NCBI GenBank assembly: GCA_964624585.1
Contig: CAZUXE010000001.1
Location: 39,365 to 103,364, forward strand
Direction of reading: 5' to 3'
Length of the DNA stretch: 64,000 nucleotides
DNA from: an uncultured bacterium
GTDB lineage: Bacteria; Hydrothermota; Tepidihabitantia; B3-TA06
Position 1 is the stretch's first letter. Each line of letters begins with the position of its first letter. Under the pieces are notes generated by a model. It was not told the origin of the DNA. It saw only the letters and a list, made by a program, of their open reading frames with translations, and did no database searches. This document shows positions 1 to 8,838 of the stretch, piece after piece. A program made the position numbers and the translations under genes.

Positions 1-2
1 CC

Positions 3-251
3 TTAATTGAGGATTCTGTCAGCTACGATGGCAGGTATACAAAGAAATGGAATGGAATTCTGTTTGACGTCGTCAGATATCTTTCCACCCCCACAGCAGA
101 TGATAAGTTAAAGCTTGAACAAGGTAAAACCTTGAGTTTTGAGAAAGTTATATCTATTGACACAAGTTGGAAAAGCCCATTCAAGCTTGCGGCATGGATT
201 GAAGATAAAAGCTTAATTAGCTATCAGGCAGCCTTTCAAGAAATAAAATAA
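3..251 (+). CDS. 3' end of an upstream gene truncated by the window edge; hypothetical protein (C-terminus ...SYQAAFQEIK*)
   Basis: Open frame from the window edge to TAA at 249-251, followed about 30 nt later by a strong intrinsic terminator. No recognisable domain. Confidence 0.35.
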   Translation, partial: LIEDSVSYDGRYTKKWNGILFDVVRYLSTPTADDKLKLEQGKTLSFEKVISIDTSWKSPFKLAAWIEDKSLISYQAAFQEIK

Positions 252-282
252 CCGCATAACCTGTGTTTGTAAATAGATTTAT

Positions 283-315
283 AACAGGCGGACTACATTC
301 GCCTGTTATTTTTTC
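283..315 (+). terminator. Rho-independent terminator
   Basis: Stem aacaggcg (283-290) / cgcctgtt (300-307) with a 9-nt loop, followed by a TTTTTT run (309-314). Confidence 0.7.
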
Positions 316-783
316 TTCGCGCGTATTTACTTTTTGACTTCTGCAGTCCCATAACAGTATGCTTCGTAATCTTCTCTTAAAACCAAACAACACTTGACAT
401 ACTGCATCTTTTATTTAATATTAGGTAAATTGCCAAAAAGCGGGTTGGACATCTTCAAAATTACCGCTTTTGAACAACAATTCTTAGATTCTGTAGCTGG
501 ATTATGGGGACTAATTCCGGAACTACCGTTTGTATGCAAACTTACTAGTAAATGCTGTGATTCCAACGGAATAATTCACCAAACAGTTGTTTCTAGGTCT
601 GTTTAGTATGGATTATAAGCAAAATAATTTTAGGCTTATAAATTTATCTGTAACGGCATCTTTGGAGGAGTGCTGCATTCTAAACGAACTTTTGTTATCT
701 AGCTGATAGAGTAAAATAATCCTTGATTTTTAATTCAATAAGATTAAGGATATAACCTAACCTTTACAGGAGGATTATATAAT

Positions 784-1602
784 ATGAGACATCTTGGTAA
801 AACAGCCGTTTTCATGCTAGTGGCGGCAATTGTCGCTTTCGGTCAATACGACAAAGACAAACCTGACTTAATGCTTAAACGCCCTAGCGAAGCAACATAC
901 CTGGGCGATGATAAATATAACAGTACCGCTATAGGACAAACCATGACCCAGAACGCCGACGCAGGCGACACTGTAATATACCACTTCCGTGTTCAAAACG
1001 ACGGTGAAGCAATGGAACCTGGTTATCCTTACAGTGATGACATCAAGGTAAAAGCCAACGCAGGCAAAGACGGTTGGGAAGTTACCTATTACAATACCAT
1101 CAGCGGTGGTTCAGATATCACAGACGAAATAACAAAAACAGGCTGGACAACAGGCCCCTTAAAGGCAGGTGCATTCAAACAGATTAGAGCAGTAGTGGTT
1201 ATTCCAGACAACGCCAGCGAGAACGATACCTTTATAGTCGACATGATTGCACATTCAGGCAACAAACCCGAGATAGTTGATAGGGTAAAAGGTATAGTTG
1301 TTGTAGGTAAAGGTGGCGGTCCCGGCCCTGGAACAGTAGAAACAGACGACCGTACAGCCTTCTATCTTGAAACAACAGCCTCTTACTCCAATATAAGCTT
1401 TGGATTACCGTCAAGCGAGAATGTATGTATCAATATTTACGACGCTACTGGTAGAATTATAGAACAGGTACTCAATGAAAAACTCAGCGCAGGCGCTCAC
1501 ACCGTAACCTGGAACTCTGCTAACCTTCCCAATGGCCTGTATTTCGTAAGACTTCTAACACCAACCCACACCGCTACATCTACAGTTGTCTTAGTTAAAT
1601 AG
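784..1602 (+). CDS. Secreted protein with a type-A T9SS C-terminal sorting domain
   Basis: N-terminal signal peptide (MRHLGKTAVFMLVAAIVAFGQ). The C-terminal ~80 aa has CTD hallmarks (...VCINIYDATGRII..., ...NGLYFVRLLT..., ...TSTVVLVK). RBS acaggagg lies upstream. Confidence 0.6.
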   Translation: MRHLGKTAVFMLVAAIVAFGQYDKDKPDLMLKRPSEATYLGDDKYNSTAIGQTMTQNADAGDTVIYHFRVQNDGEAMEPGYPYSDDIKVKANAGKDGWEVTYYNTISGGSDITDEITKTGWTTGPLKAGAFKQIRAVVVIPDNASENDTFIVDMIAHSGNKPEIVDRVKGIVVVGKGGGPGPGTVETDDRTAFYLETTASYSNISFGLPSSENVCINIYDATGRIIEQVLNEKLSAGAHTVTWNSANLPNGLYFVRLLTPTHTATSTVVLVK

Positions 1603-1661
1603 CTTTCTATGGCGAACTTAGACTGATTGTTGAAACAACAATCAGCGCTATTAATTGCGCG

Positions 1662-1700
1662 AAAGGCCGAAGGGTTATCTTGCCCTCCGGCCTTTCTTAT
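1662..1700 (+). terminator. Rho-independent terminator, preceded by a perfect palindrome attgttgaaacaacaat at 1628-1644
   Basis: Stem aggccgaaggg / ccctccggcct (one mismatch) followed by a T-rich tract tttcttatt. Confidence 0.55.
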
Positions 1701-1783
1701 TAGTAAAAACTCCGTGAGAATCTTGAACTCACCTTGACTATTTTTGTTCAGAAAAACAGTTTTTTAGAATAGAGACTACAAGC

Positions 1784-2035
1784 TTACTCAGCGTATTTTT
1801 GAACAATCTCCTCTGCTTCGAATAGAGTAGGTAATTTGCCTTCAACTACCTTTTCACCGTTAATGAACACCGCTGGCGTAAACAATACCCCACGCTCTAT
1901 ACCTAAGTTAACATCTGTTATATGATGAATGTCTGCAGATATACCCTTGGCGAATACTACCTGCTGAAATAACTCGTATGTCTTCTTACACTTAGGACAT
2001 CCTGAACCAAAAACCTCTATTTTAATTGCACTCAT
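1784..2035 (-). CDS. Small thioredoxin-fold protein (redox-active disulfide protein 2 / MTH895-like)
   Basis: 83 aa with a CPKC redox motif (VFGSGCPKCKK), the typical size and motif of this family. Last gene of the ArsR-permease-Trx-CcdA operon. Confidence 0.7.
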   Translation of the reverse strand: MSAIKIEVFGSGCPKCKKTYELFQQVVFAKGISADIHHITDVNLGIERGVLFTPAVFINGEKVVEGKLPTLFEAEEIVQKYAE

Positions 2036-2122
2036 TGTTTCTCCTTAGTTTGATAAATCTTTAATTTTCATCCGCATAACACCTTTTTGCCCAATACCGG
2101 AAAGGGAGTAAAGGTACAAACC

Positions 2123-2815
2123 TTATACCCCCTGATATACAAAGTAAAGTCCTAGCAACAACAATAACATCCCTGCCGCTATTTTTACAATACGATTGAC
2201 CTTCTCGGTTTTTTCCGATGAAATAAGCTTCTGAGCGAACACAGCTGATACTCCGGCAGCAAAAATAAGCGCCCAATGCCCTATTGAATAAACAAAAAGT
2301 AATCCCATGCCGTAGAAAACCTTCTTACTTGTAGCGGCAAAGGTTAAAATAAAAGCAAGAACCGGAGCGGCACAAGGGGAGGAAGCTATTCCGAACAACA
2401 AACCTAAAATAAGCGCCCCCCACAAACCGGTTTGCTTAACTTTTATTCTTTTCAACCAAGGTAAGTCGAATTTAATAAGGCCAATAAGGTTAAGTCCAAC
2501 AAAAAAGGCTGCAGCAGCCAATATAAAATACCACACCTTGCTCCCAAAACCGAATATGCCGCCAAGATATGCCGCAATACCGCCAAGAGTTACAAATGTA
2601 ACGGTAAGACCAAACATAAACATCAGGGAATAGGCAACCGCTTTTTTAGCAGAACCTTCAGCATAACCTCCCACATAACCTATGGATAAAGGAATAAGGG
2701 CTAACACACACGGCGAAGTGGATGAAATTATTCCTCCAATAAATACTCCTATAAAGGCAAGTGCCGGAGCACTATTAATCCACTGTTCAACATTGGAAAG
2801 CAATCCTTGCATCAT
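2123..2815 (-). CDS. ccdA: Cytochrome c-type biogenesis protein CcdA / DsbD-like transmembrane thiol-disulfide transporter
   Basis: Polytopic membrane protein with two conserved cysteines in TM segments (ISSTSPCVLALIP and IASSPCAAPVLAF), the CcdA/DsbD-beta signature. Confidence 0.75.
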   Translation of the reverse strand: MMQGLLSNVEQWINSAPALAFIGVFIGGIISSTSPCVLALIPLSIGYVGGYAEGSAKKAVAYSLMFMFGLTVTFVTLGGIAAYLGGIFGFGSKVWYFILAAAAFFVGLNLIGLIKFDLPWLKRIKVKQTGLWGALILGLLFGIASSPCAAPVLAFILTFAATSKKVFYGMGLLFVYSIGHWALIFAAGVSAVFAQKLISSEKTEKVNRIVKIAAGMLLLLLGLYFVYQGV

Positions 2816-3438
2816 CTACCTGTAGTAATATCTATGCTATCTACATCCTCTATAACACTTCTGGAAAGTCCCATAGATTCCAACTGAACAAGAATCTCTT
2901 CCCTAGGCATAAATCCCACATGCCTACTTAACTCTTCACCTGAAGCGGCAAAAAATATCTGAGTAGGAATAACCTGAACACCATATTCCTTAGCCAATTC
3001 GTAATATTCGTCAAGATCTAGAATCAAAACCTCAAGCCTGCCTTGATATTCCTCTCCAAGTTCTGCAAGAATAGGCATCATTTTTTTACAAGGGATGCAC
3101 GTTCCCCGCCCAAAATCAACCAAAACAGGATGCCCGCTTGCCATTGCTTTTTTTATTGGGTCTAATGTAGCGTTTTCTTGTTGAACTTTTTTACTCTCCC
3201 TCTTTATCTTCGTTTTGCTAGAATTCTCTGTAACATTTCGCAAATTACTCTCCGACTTGTCTATTGAAACTTCGGGAACAGAGCTATCGGCTTGCAAGCT
3301 GTTCTGCAACAGAGTATCAGAAGATTTAGTTTCATCACAAGCTGCGTTGGTTTTTAAGAATATTATCACCAACACAGCTAAAGCAAGAGTTAAAAGTACA
3401 GCCGCTAAGAGTTTAGTCCTTGTTTTGTTTTCCATCAA
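2812..3438 (-). CDS. Membrane-anchored thioredoxin-family protein (TlpA/ResA-like)
   Basis: N-terminal TM helix, then a thioredoxin fold with a CxxC motif (VLVDFGRGTCIPCKKMMP). Its stop overlaps the ccdA start. Confidence 0.7.
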   Translation of the reverse strand: MMENKTRTKLLAAVLLTLALAVLVIIFLKTNAACDETKSSDTLLQNSLQADSSVPEVSIDKSESNLRNVTENSSKTKIKRESKKVQQENATLDPIKKAMASGHPVLVDFGRGTCIPCKKMMPILAELGEEYQGRLEVLILDLDEYYELAKEYGVQVIPTQIFFAASGEELSRHVGFMPREEILVQLESMGLSRSVIEDVDSIDITTGR

Positions 3439-3463
3439 TTTCTCCTTTTTGAGATATTAGACA

Positions 3464-4561
3464 TCAGTGAAAAATAGCCCCAAATAGCCAACCGGTAAGG
3501 GTTGCCATTACCACGACCAAACCGATGTAAGTAAGTGTTCTGCCCCAACCCATAATGCGACGGATAACCAGCATGTTGGGCAGCGAAAGCGCAGGGCCAG
3601 CCAAAAGCAAAGCAAGGGCAGGGCCATGTCCCATCCCCATATCGGTGAAGGCTTTGATAATCGGCACCTCTGTCAATGTAGCAAAGTACATAAGCGCCCC
3701 GAATACCGACGCCGTAAGATTAGAAAGAATAGAGTTACCGCCCACAGCCGCCGCTATCCATGCGTCAGGAAGCAACACCTTAAGTATTCCAGCTACAAAT
3801 ACTCCGCCCAGAAGCCAGGGGAAAATCATCTTTGTAAATCGCCATGTTTCACGCATCCAATCGACAAACTCGCCTTTCTTGAACCAACGGACGACGATAG
3901 TGACCACTGCAAGAATAAGAAGTAACGCCGGAAGCCATGCCAACCAGTATGAAAGCGTCTCCCTTACTCCTGCGAGTTTAACCAGATTACGTACCCAACC
4001 GTGACCTGCGGCAAATATCAAAACCAGAACCAGCAAGACGAAAAAGAGGGCCGATTTCCACATAGGACGCTCACCCTTTTCCTGCTCAAACGAAAAAGCA
4101 TCGTCATCGACAACCTTAGGCTGCCTGCCTTGCCATATGGCGGCCATTATCAATCCAATGACTACGGAAAAAACAACTGCCCCAATCACCCTTGCCAAAC
4201 CAAGCTCCCAACCAAGAAGTCTAGCTGAATACACTATAGCAAGCACATTGATTGCAGGGCCTGAGTAAAGAAAGGCGGTCGCAGGACCAATACCCGCCCC
4301 ACGCTTATAGATACCACCAAACAGAGGAAGTACAGTACAGGAACAAACGGCAAGTATAGTGCCGGATACTGAGGCTACGGAATAGGAAAGTACCTTGGGT
4401 GAACGCGGGCCAAAGTAACGCAGAATGGCTTTTTGAGACAGAAACACCGCTATCGCGCCCGCGATAAAAAAGGCTGGAACCAAACAGGTTAATACATGTG
4501 CAGAAAGATAATCAAGTAAGGCCGCCCCTCCTCCCTTAAGAAGTTCAAGTATAAAATTCAT
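3464..4561 (-). CDS. Permease of the COG0701/DUF318 family (ArsP-like, conserved CSC motif)
   Basis: Polytopic membrane protein with a CSCTVLP motif in a TM helix (AVCSCTVLPLFGG), resembling the C-S-C motif of ArsP/DUF318 permeases. Its start is translationally coupled to the upstream ArsR-family gene. Confidence 0.65.
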   Translation of the reverse strand: MNFILELLKGGGAALLDYLSAHVLTCLVPAFFIAGAIAVFLSQKAILRYFGPRSPKVLSYSVASVSGTILAVCSCTVLPLFGGIYKRGAGIGPATAFLYSGPAINVLAIVYSARLLGWELGLARVIGAVVFSVVIGLIMAAIWQGRQPKVVDDDAFSFEQEKGERPMWKSALFFVLLVLVLIFAAGHGWVRNLVKLAGVRETLSYWLAWLPALLLILAVVTIVVRWFKKGEFVDWMRETWRFTKMIFPWLLGGVFVAGILKVLLPDAWIAAAVGGNSILSNLTASVFGALMYFATLTEVPIIKAFTDMGMGHGPALALLLAGPALSLPNMLVIRRIMGWGRTLTYIGLVVVMATLTGWLFGAIFH

Positions 4562-4914
4562 TTATTCCTCAATGGGCATCGCTTGCCCTTTGGTTTTGAT
4601 GATTTAAGAAGCTCTACCACGTTTTTACTATCATTTAAAGACTCCGGACTCGCAGTAGCGAACTCACTAAGATAGGAGTAAAGGGTTTTGGGCAAGGCCT
4701 CAGACGCCTTGTAGAAAATCCAGCGTCCGTCCCTACGCTCCTCAATAAGCCCGGCTTGTCGCAAACTACGAAGCGCATGGGATATACGCGATTGTTCCAT
4801 GCTAAAAACTGTTTCCATTTCGCATACGCACAACTCCTCTTTCAAAAGGAGTAGCATTATGCGCAAACGTGTAGCGTCAGCCAAGGCCTTAAAACTTCTA
4901 AGGATTTCTTCCAT
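4558..4914 (-). CDS. ArsR/SmtB-family metalloregulatory transcriptional repressor
   Basis: Winged-HTH signature (LADATRLRIMLLLLKEELCVCEM...SHALRSLRQAGLIE) with a CVC metal/metalloid-binding motif. First gene of a five-gene minus-strand cluster. Confidence 0.8.
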   Translation of the reverse strand: MEEILRSFKALADATRLRIMLLLLKEELCVCEMETVFSMEQSRISHALRSLRQAGLIEERRDGRWIFYKASEALPKTLYSYLSEFATASPESLNDSKNVVELLKSSKPKGKRCPLRNK

Positions 4915-5290
4915 ATATGATTATATGTTCATGTATTCATTTGTCAAGAGGGGGGTACTGCCTAAGGCTTCATTTCCGAAACTTAGCTTCGTTTTTATTT
5001 TTGCAGGATACAGATAGATTTTGAATGCCACAGAGATACTAAAAAGTCCATTATGCTTTGACATAGTTGAAATCGGCCGCAGTTCTATAACCTACACACC
5101 TTAAATATACTTGGACTTGGATATATGGTATTTAGGTGTATGTCGCCACATCGGTTCCTTCCAGAAGCAAACAATGAACAATATTTTAATAAGTTTGAGG
5201 ATTTTATTGAACTCATCTTTACTTAATAGGCTCTGAGTACTTGACTCTTTTCTTTCCTTCTTTAATATAGAAAAAACATATGGAGGAATT

Positions 5291-6229
5291 GTGACGCAAG
5301 AGGTTAAAAATGCTGCTCTACAGGTAGCGGGTTTTTGGGAAAAAGTGCTTGCATGGCTTGTCGACCCAGGCATCAAAGCAGGTATAACCTTAGTTATTAC
5401 GATAGTTATAGTAATAACTGTATCGTTTTTATTCAAACGTATTGTGCATCATGCCGAAAAAATTGCAAAACCTGAAGATATAGGCAAAACCAAACGTCTA
5501 AAAACTGTTATGGGAACATTACGCATTGCTGTAAGCATTGTAATTTGGGTCATTGGAATCATCAGTATTCTGGGACAAGTTGGCATAGCCATAGGTCCCC
5601 TACTAGCCGGAGTAGGGGTTATAGGCATGGCCATAGGTTTTGGCGCGCAGAATCTGGTAAAAGATTTCCTTGGCGGATTGTTTATTCTTATTGAAAACCA
5701 AATTCGCGTAGGTGATGTAGTCAAAATAGATAAAGCGGTGGGTACTGTTGAATCCGTTAACTTACGCACCATTCTCATAAGAGGCGTAAACGGACATCTC
5801 TATACTGTTCCCAATGGTGAAATCAAGATTGTCGAAAATATGACTATGGGTTGGTCGCGTGCAATTGTCAAAGTTGGCGTTGGTTATTCATCAAACATAG
5901 AAAAGGTTATAGAAGCAATGCATCTTGCCGCCGGTGATATCAAAAAGGATAAAGAATTCGGCTCAGAACTTTTAGGTGAAATTATGGTAAAAGCCATAGA
6001 CGATTTCTCAAACTCTTCTCTGAATGTATCGTTGTGGATAAAAACCAAGCCGGCCAGTCAATGGGACGTCGGACGTATCGCACGCCGCTATATCAAACAA
6101 CGTTTCGAAGAAGCAGGTATCGAAATACCCTTCCCGCAAGTTACATTAACCCTTGGAACAGACGAAGCAGCACTTCTTGAAAACCTCACTTCAGCCACAC
6201 GTAGACACACAACTGTTAATAAAACATAA
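5291..6229 (+). CDS. Small-conductance mechanosensitive channel (MscS family)
   Basis: N-terminal TM helices followed by a conserved MscS beta-domain (VGDVVKIDKAVGTVESVNLRTILIRGVNGHLYTVPNGE). Confidence 0.8.
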   Translation: MTQEVKNAALQVAGFWEKVLAWLVDPGIKAGITLVITIVIVITVSFLFKRIVHHAEKIAKPEDIGKTKRLKTVMGTLRIAVSIVIWVIGIISILGQVGIAIGPLLAGVGVIGMAIGFGAQNLVKDFLGGLFILIENQIRVGDVVKIDKAVGTVESVNLRTILIRGVNGHLYTVPNGEIKIVENMTMGWSRAIVKVGVGYSSNIEKVIEAMHLAAGDIKKDKEFGSELLGEIMVKAIDDFSNSSLNVSLWIKTKPASQWDVGRIARRYIKQRFEEAGIEIPFPQVTLTLGTDEAALLENLTSATRRHTTVNKT

Positions 6230-6430
6230 CGGACAGCATGTATAAGACCAGCGAAAACTAAAATAACTTTAAGCCACAATGCAAAGCTTTAGCTTTAGTC
6301 ATTACCTACTCATCTAAATTAAAAAAACCTTTGTAGCTTACAAATCGACTGTATTCTCCTCTCGCTACAGTATTCCAGAACCATATAGAAAAGCATTGAC
6401 CAATAGAATAATTTCGGTATACTTCTCATT

Positions 6431-7690
6431 ATGATAGGGTTAATACTTTGGTCGCTTTTAGGAATTGGTCAAGCGTCAAGCTCGGCCAGTAGAGAAATGC
6501 TGCCTGAATTGGGCATGGTTTCAGAACATCCAATCAATATTGATAACTATGTTCTTAACGCAGGGGATACTCTTTTGGTTCTGGTTAAAGGAAGTTTTTC
6601 CTATAGTTATCCTACTCAGATTACGCCAACAAGTCAGCTTATTTTGATGCTGCCATCTGGTAGAAGCGTTACAACCTTTGGTCAGAAATGGGGGGACGTA
6701 AGTTTGGTAAACCTTGAAGCTGTGGGGTATGTCAATATTGTAGATGTTCCGGTTAGAAAAGCCCGAAAAATAGTTGCAGATGCGTTTTCTAAATTTATTC
6801 GACCCGTACAAGTTGATTTTATTTTATTAGGCCCCCGAACGTGCAAAATAAACGTTTTCGGCGATGTACAATGGCCTGGTAGTCATCTAGTTACCCCCTT
6901 TATGAGGGTAAAGGATGCAATTGATAAGGCCGGAGGAATAACCTCAATGGGTTCTGCTTCTAAAATTGACCTTATTAGACGTTCCGGGGACACCATAAAA
7001 GTAAACCTGAGACATTTTAAGGAACTGGGCGATATAGACGCCAATCCCTTATTGAATGACGGAGATATTATATTTATTCCCAAAATGAATAATTATGTTC
7101 TTCTCAAAGGCGCTGTTTTCGCAAGAGAAGCAATAGATGAATCTGCCTTATTGCCAGATACAATGGCTTCAGAGATTTTTGCCGAACATTGGCTTGAGTT
7201 TGATAAGGGAGAAAAAGTGTGTGATTTCCTATCATCAAGGGCGGTATTTTCCCCTCAAAGCGATATGGCCAACTGCTATATTCAACGCGGGGATGAACGC
7301 CTCTTCTTCAATATGCAGGAATTCCTTGCTTCAAAAACAGGTAACAACCCAAGACTTAAGCATGGCGATATTATAACCGTTCCTCGGCTAGAAAAGTATG
7401 TTTATGTTACAGGTGAGGTAGGTAGAACCGGTTGGTATCTATACGATGAGAATAAAACTATCAATACCTATATAAATCAAGCACGCGGTTTCCGTTACAC
7501 TGCAAACGTAAGGGGCATAAGGGTTATTTATCCAGATGGACGAACTAAAAGGGCTTACCCAGATATGCCGCTGGAACCGGGAGTCACGATACATGTTCCA
7601 AGACGAGCCTTATACAATACTAGTGAATGGATTCGTCTGGCTGCCGCAGGTATTAGTCTAGTTGGCGCAATAATCGCTTTTGGGAAGTAA
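6431..7690 (+). CDS. Polysaccharide export protein (Wza-like, SLBB domains)
   Basis: Repeated SLBB-type motifs (GDTLLVLVKG, DGDIIFIPK, HGDIITVP) typical of Wza/KpsD-family outer-membrane polysaccharide export proteins. Confidence 0.65.
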   Translation: MIGLILWSLLGIGQASSSASREMLPELGMVSEHPINIDNYVLNAGDTLLVLVKGSFSYSYPTQITPTSQLILMLPSGRSVTTFGQKWGDVSLVNLEAVGYVNIVDVPVRKARKIVADAFSKFIRPVQVDFILLGPRTCKINVFGDVQWPGSHLVTPFMRVKDAIDKAGGITSMGSASKIDLIRRSGDTIKVNLRHFKELGDIDANPLLNDGDIIFIPKMNNYVLLKGAVFAREAIDESALLPDTMASEIFAEHWLEFDKGEKVCDFLSSRAVFSPQSDMANCYIQRGDERLFFNMQEFLASKTGNNPRLKHGDIITVPRLEKYVYVTGEVGRTGWYLYDENKTINTYINQARGFRYTANVRGIRVIYPDGRTKRAYPDMPLEPGVTIHVPRRALYNTSEWIRLAAAGISLVGAIIAFGK

Positions 7691-7693
7691 ATT

Positions 7694-8827
7694 ATGAAAT
7701 ACAATGTTGTTGAACTTTTCGTATTCATTGTTAAACGTTGGTGGCAAGTATTAATTACTCTGGCGATATTTGCAGCAATTGGAGTAGGTCTTGCATTCCT
7801 GTTGCCCAAACGTTACCAAACTGAGCTTAAGCTTTTACCGACTACACAAGAGGCCGGTTTATCAGGAGCGCTTTCCAGTATAACCTCTCAGTTAGGTATA
7901 TCAGGTCTTTCCATACCAGGGAGCGGGGAAAACGCAATGATGCTTACCTATGGTGATATAATCCGTTCCAAAACAGTCACAGACTACGTTATTGATTCAA
8001 CCAATCTAATTAAACGAATGGGTTTTGAAGATAGGGCTGAAGCGTCTTCCTTCCTAGCAGGCGCCACTTCTTTTACACTACTTTCAGTAGAACAGATATT
8101 TGTAATAAAAGTTGTTGCACCAGATCCCAAACTAACGGCAGACATAACAAATGCCTATGCCAAGGCTCTTGATTACTATCTAACTTCATCCAGCACAACT
8201 CGTGGCCGATATATGAGGGAATTTGTTGAATCGAGGAAGTTAAAGGTTGAAGCAGAGCTTAAAGCCGCCCAGGATTCTCTTACAGCTTTCCAAAAGAAAC
8301 ACCGCTTACCGCCTATTGATCCTAAAACAGGTGCGAATATACAGGCCTACGCGGAGCTTCAATCGCAGGCTTTGCAAAAAGAGCTTGAGATGGAATACAT
8401 GCGGGCGTTTTCAACTACTCAGAATCCACAATATTCCGTAACTAGAAGGGAATTGGCGTTTATTCAAGCCAAACTATCCACTTTACCACCATTGGCTACT
8501 CGCTACGCTGAACTTTACCGCAATTACATGGTTCAAGAACAAATATATATGCTTCTAATACAGCAGTATGAACAGGCAAAGCTTCTTGAAGCTAAAGATA
8601 CGCCTTTAATTTCTGTTCTCGAATGGGTTAAGCCTCCCAAAGAACCCTTCTTCCCGCCGAAGAAGCTTGTTATATTGGCGCTCTTACTTATTGGTCTTGT
8701 CTTGATATTCACCTATGCAATGATTAAGGTGTATTGGGAACACGTAATTGCGAATCCTGACGAACATGAAAAAATGTCGTACCTGCGTCAGGAGATTAGG
8801 AATACCTTTTCTCGCAAGAACCGCTAA
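7694..8827 (+). CDS. Wzz-like polysaccharide chain-length determinant / co-polymerase (GumC-like)
   Basis: N-terminal TM helix (WWQVLITLAIFAAIGVGLAFLL), a long coiled-coil periplasmic region and a C-terminal TM helix (LVILALLLIGLVLIFTYAM). This is the Wzz topology, and it sits directly downstream of the Wza-like gene. Confidence 0.6.
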   Translation: MKYNVVELFVFIVKRWWQVLITLAIFAAIGVGLAFLLPKRYQTELKLLPTTQEAGLSGALSSITSQLGISGLSIPGSGENAMMLTYGDIIRSKTVTDYVIDSTNLIKRMGFEDRAEASSFLAGATSFTLLSVEQIFVIKVVAPDPKLTADITNAYAKALDYYLTSSSTTRGRYMREFVESRKLKVEAELKAAQDSLTAFQKKHRLPPIDPKTGANIQAYAELQSQALQKELEMEYMRAFSTTQNPQYSVTRRELAFIQAKLSTLPPLATRYAELYRNYMVQEQIYMLLIQQYEQAKLLEAKDTPLISVLEWVKPPKEPFFPPKKLVILALLLIGLVLIFTYAMIKVYWEHVIANPDEHEKMSYLRQEIRNTFSRKNR

Positions 8828-8838
8828 TACATTAAAAA

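Noticed and set aside
394-606. 70-aa ORF in the intergenic region upstream of the first T9SS protein gene
   Set aside because: No RBS. It overlaps a likely promoter region (TTGACA at ~398), has odd composition and no motif. More likely non-coding leader or promoter DNA.
3555-4228. Plus-strand ORFs (149, 99, 75 aa) antisense to the COG0701 permease
   Set aside because: Arg/Ser/Pro-rich antisense artefacts of a hydrophobic membrane-protein gene.
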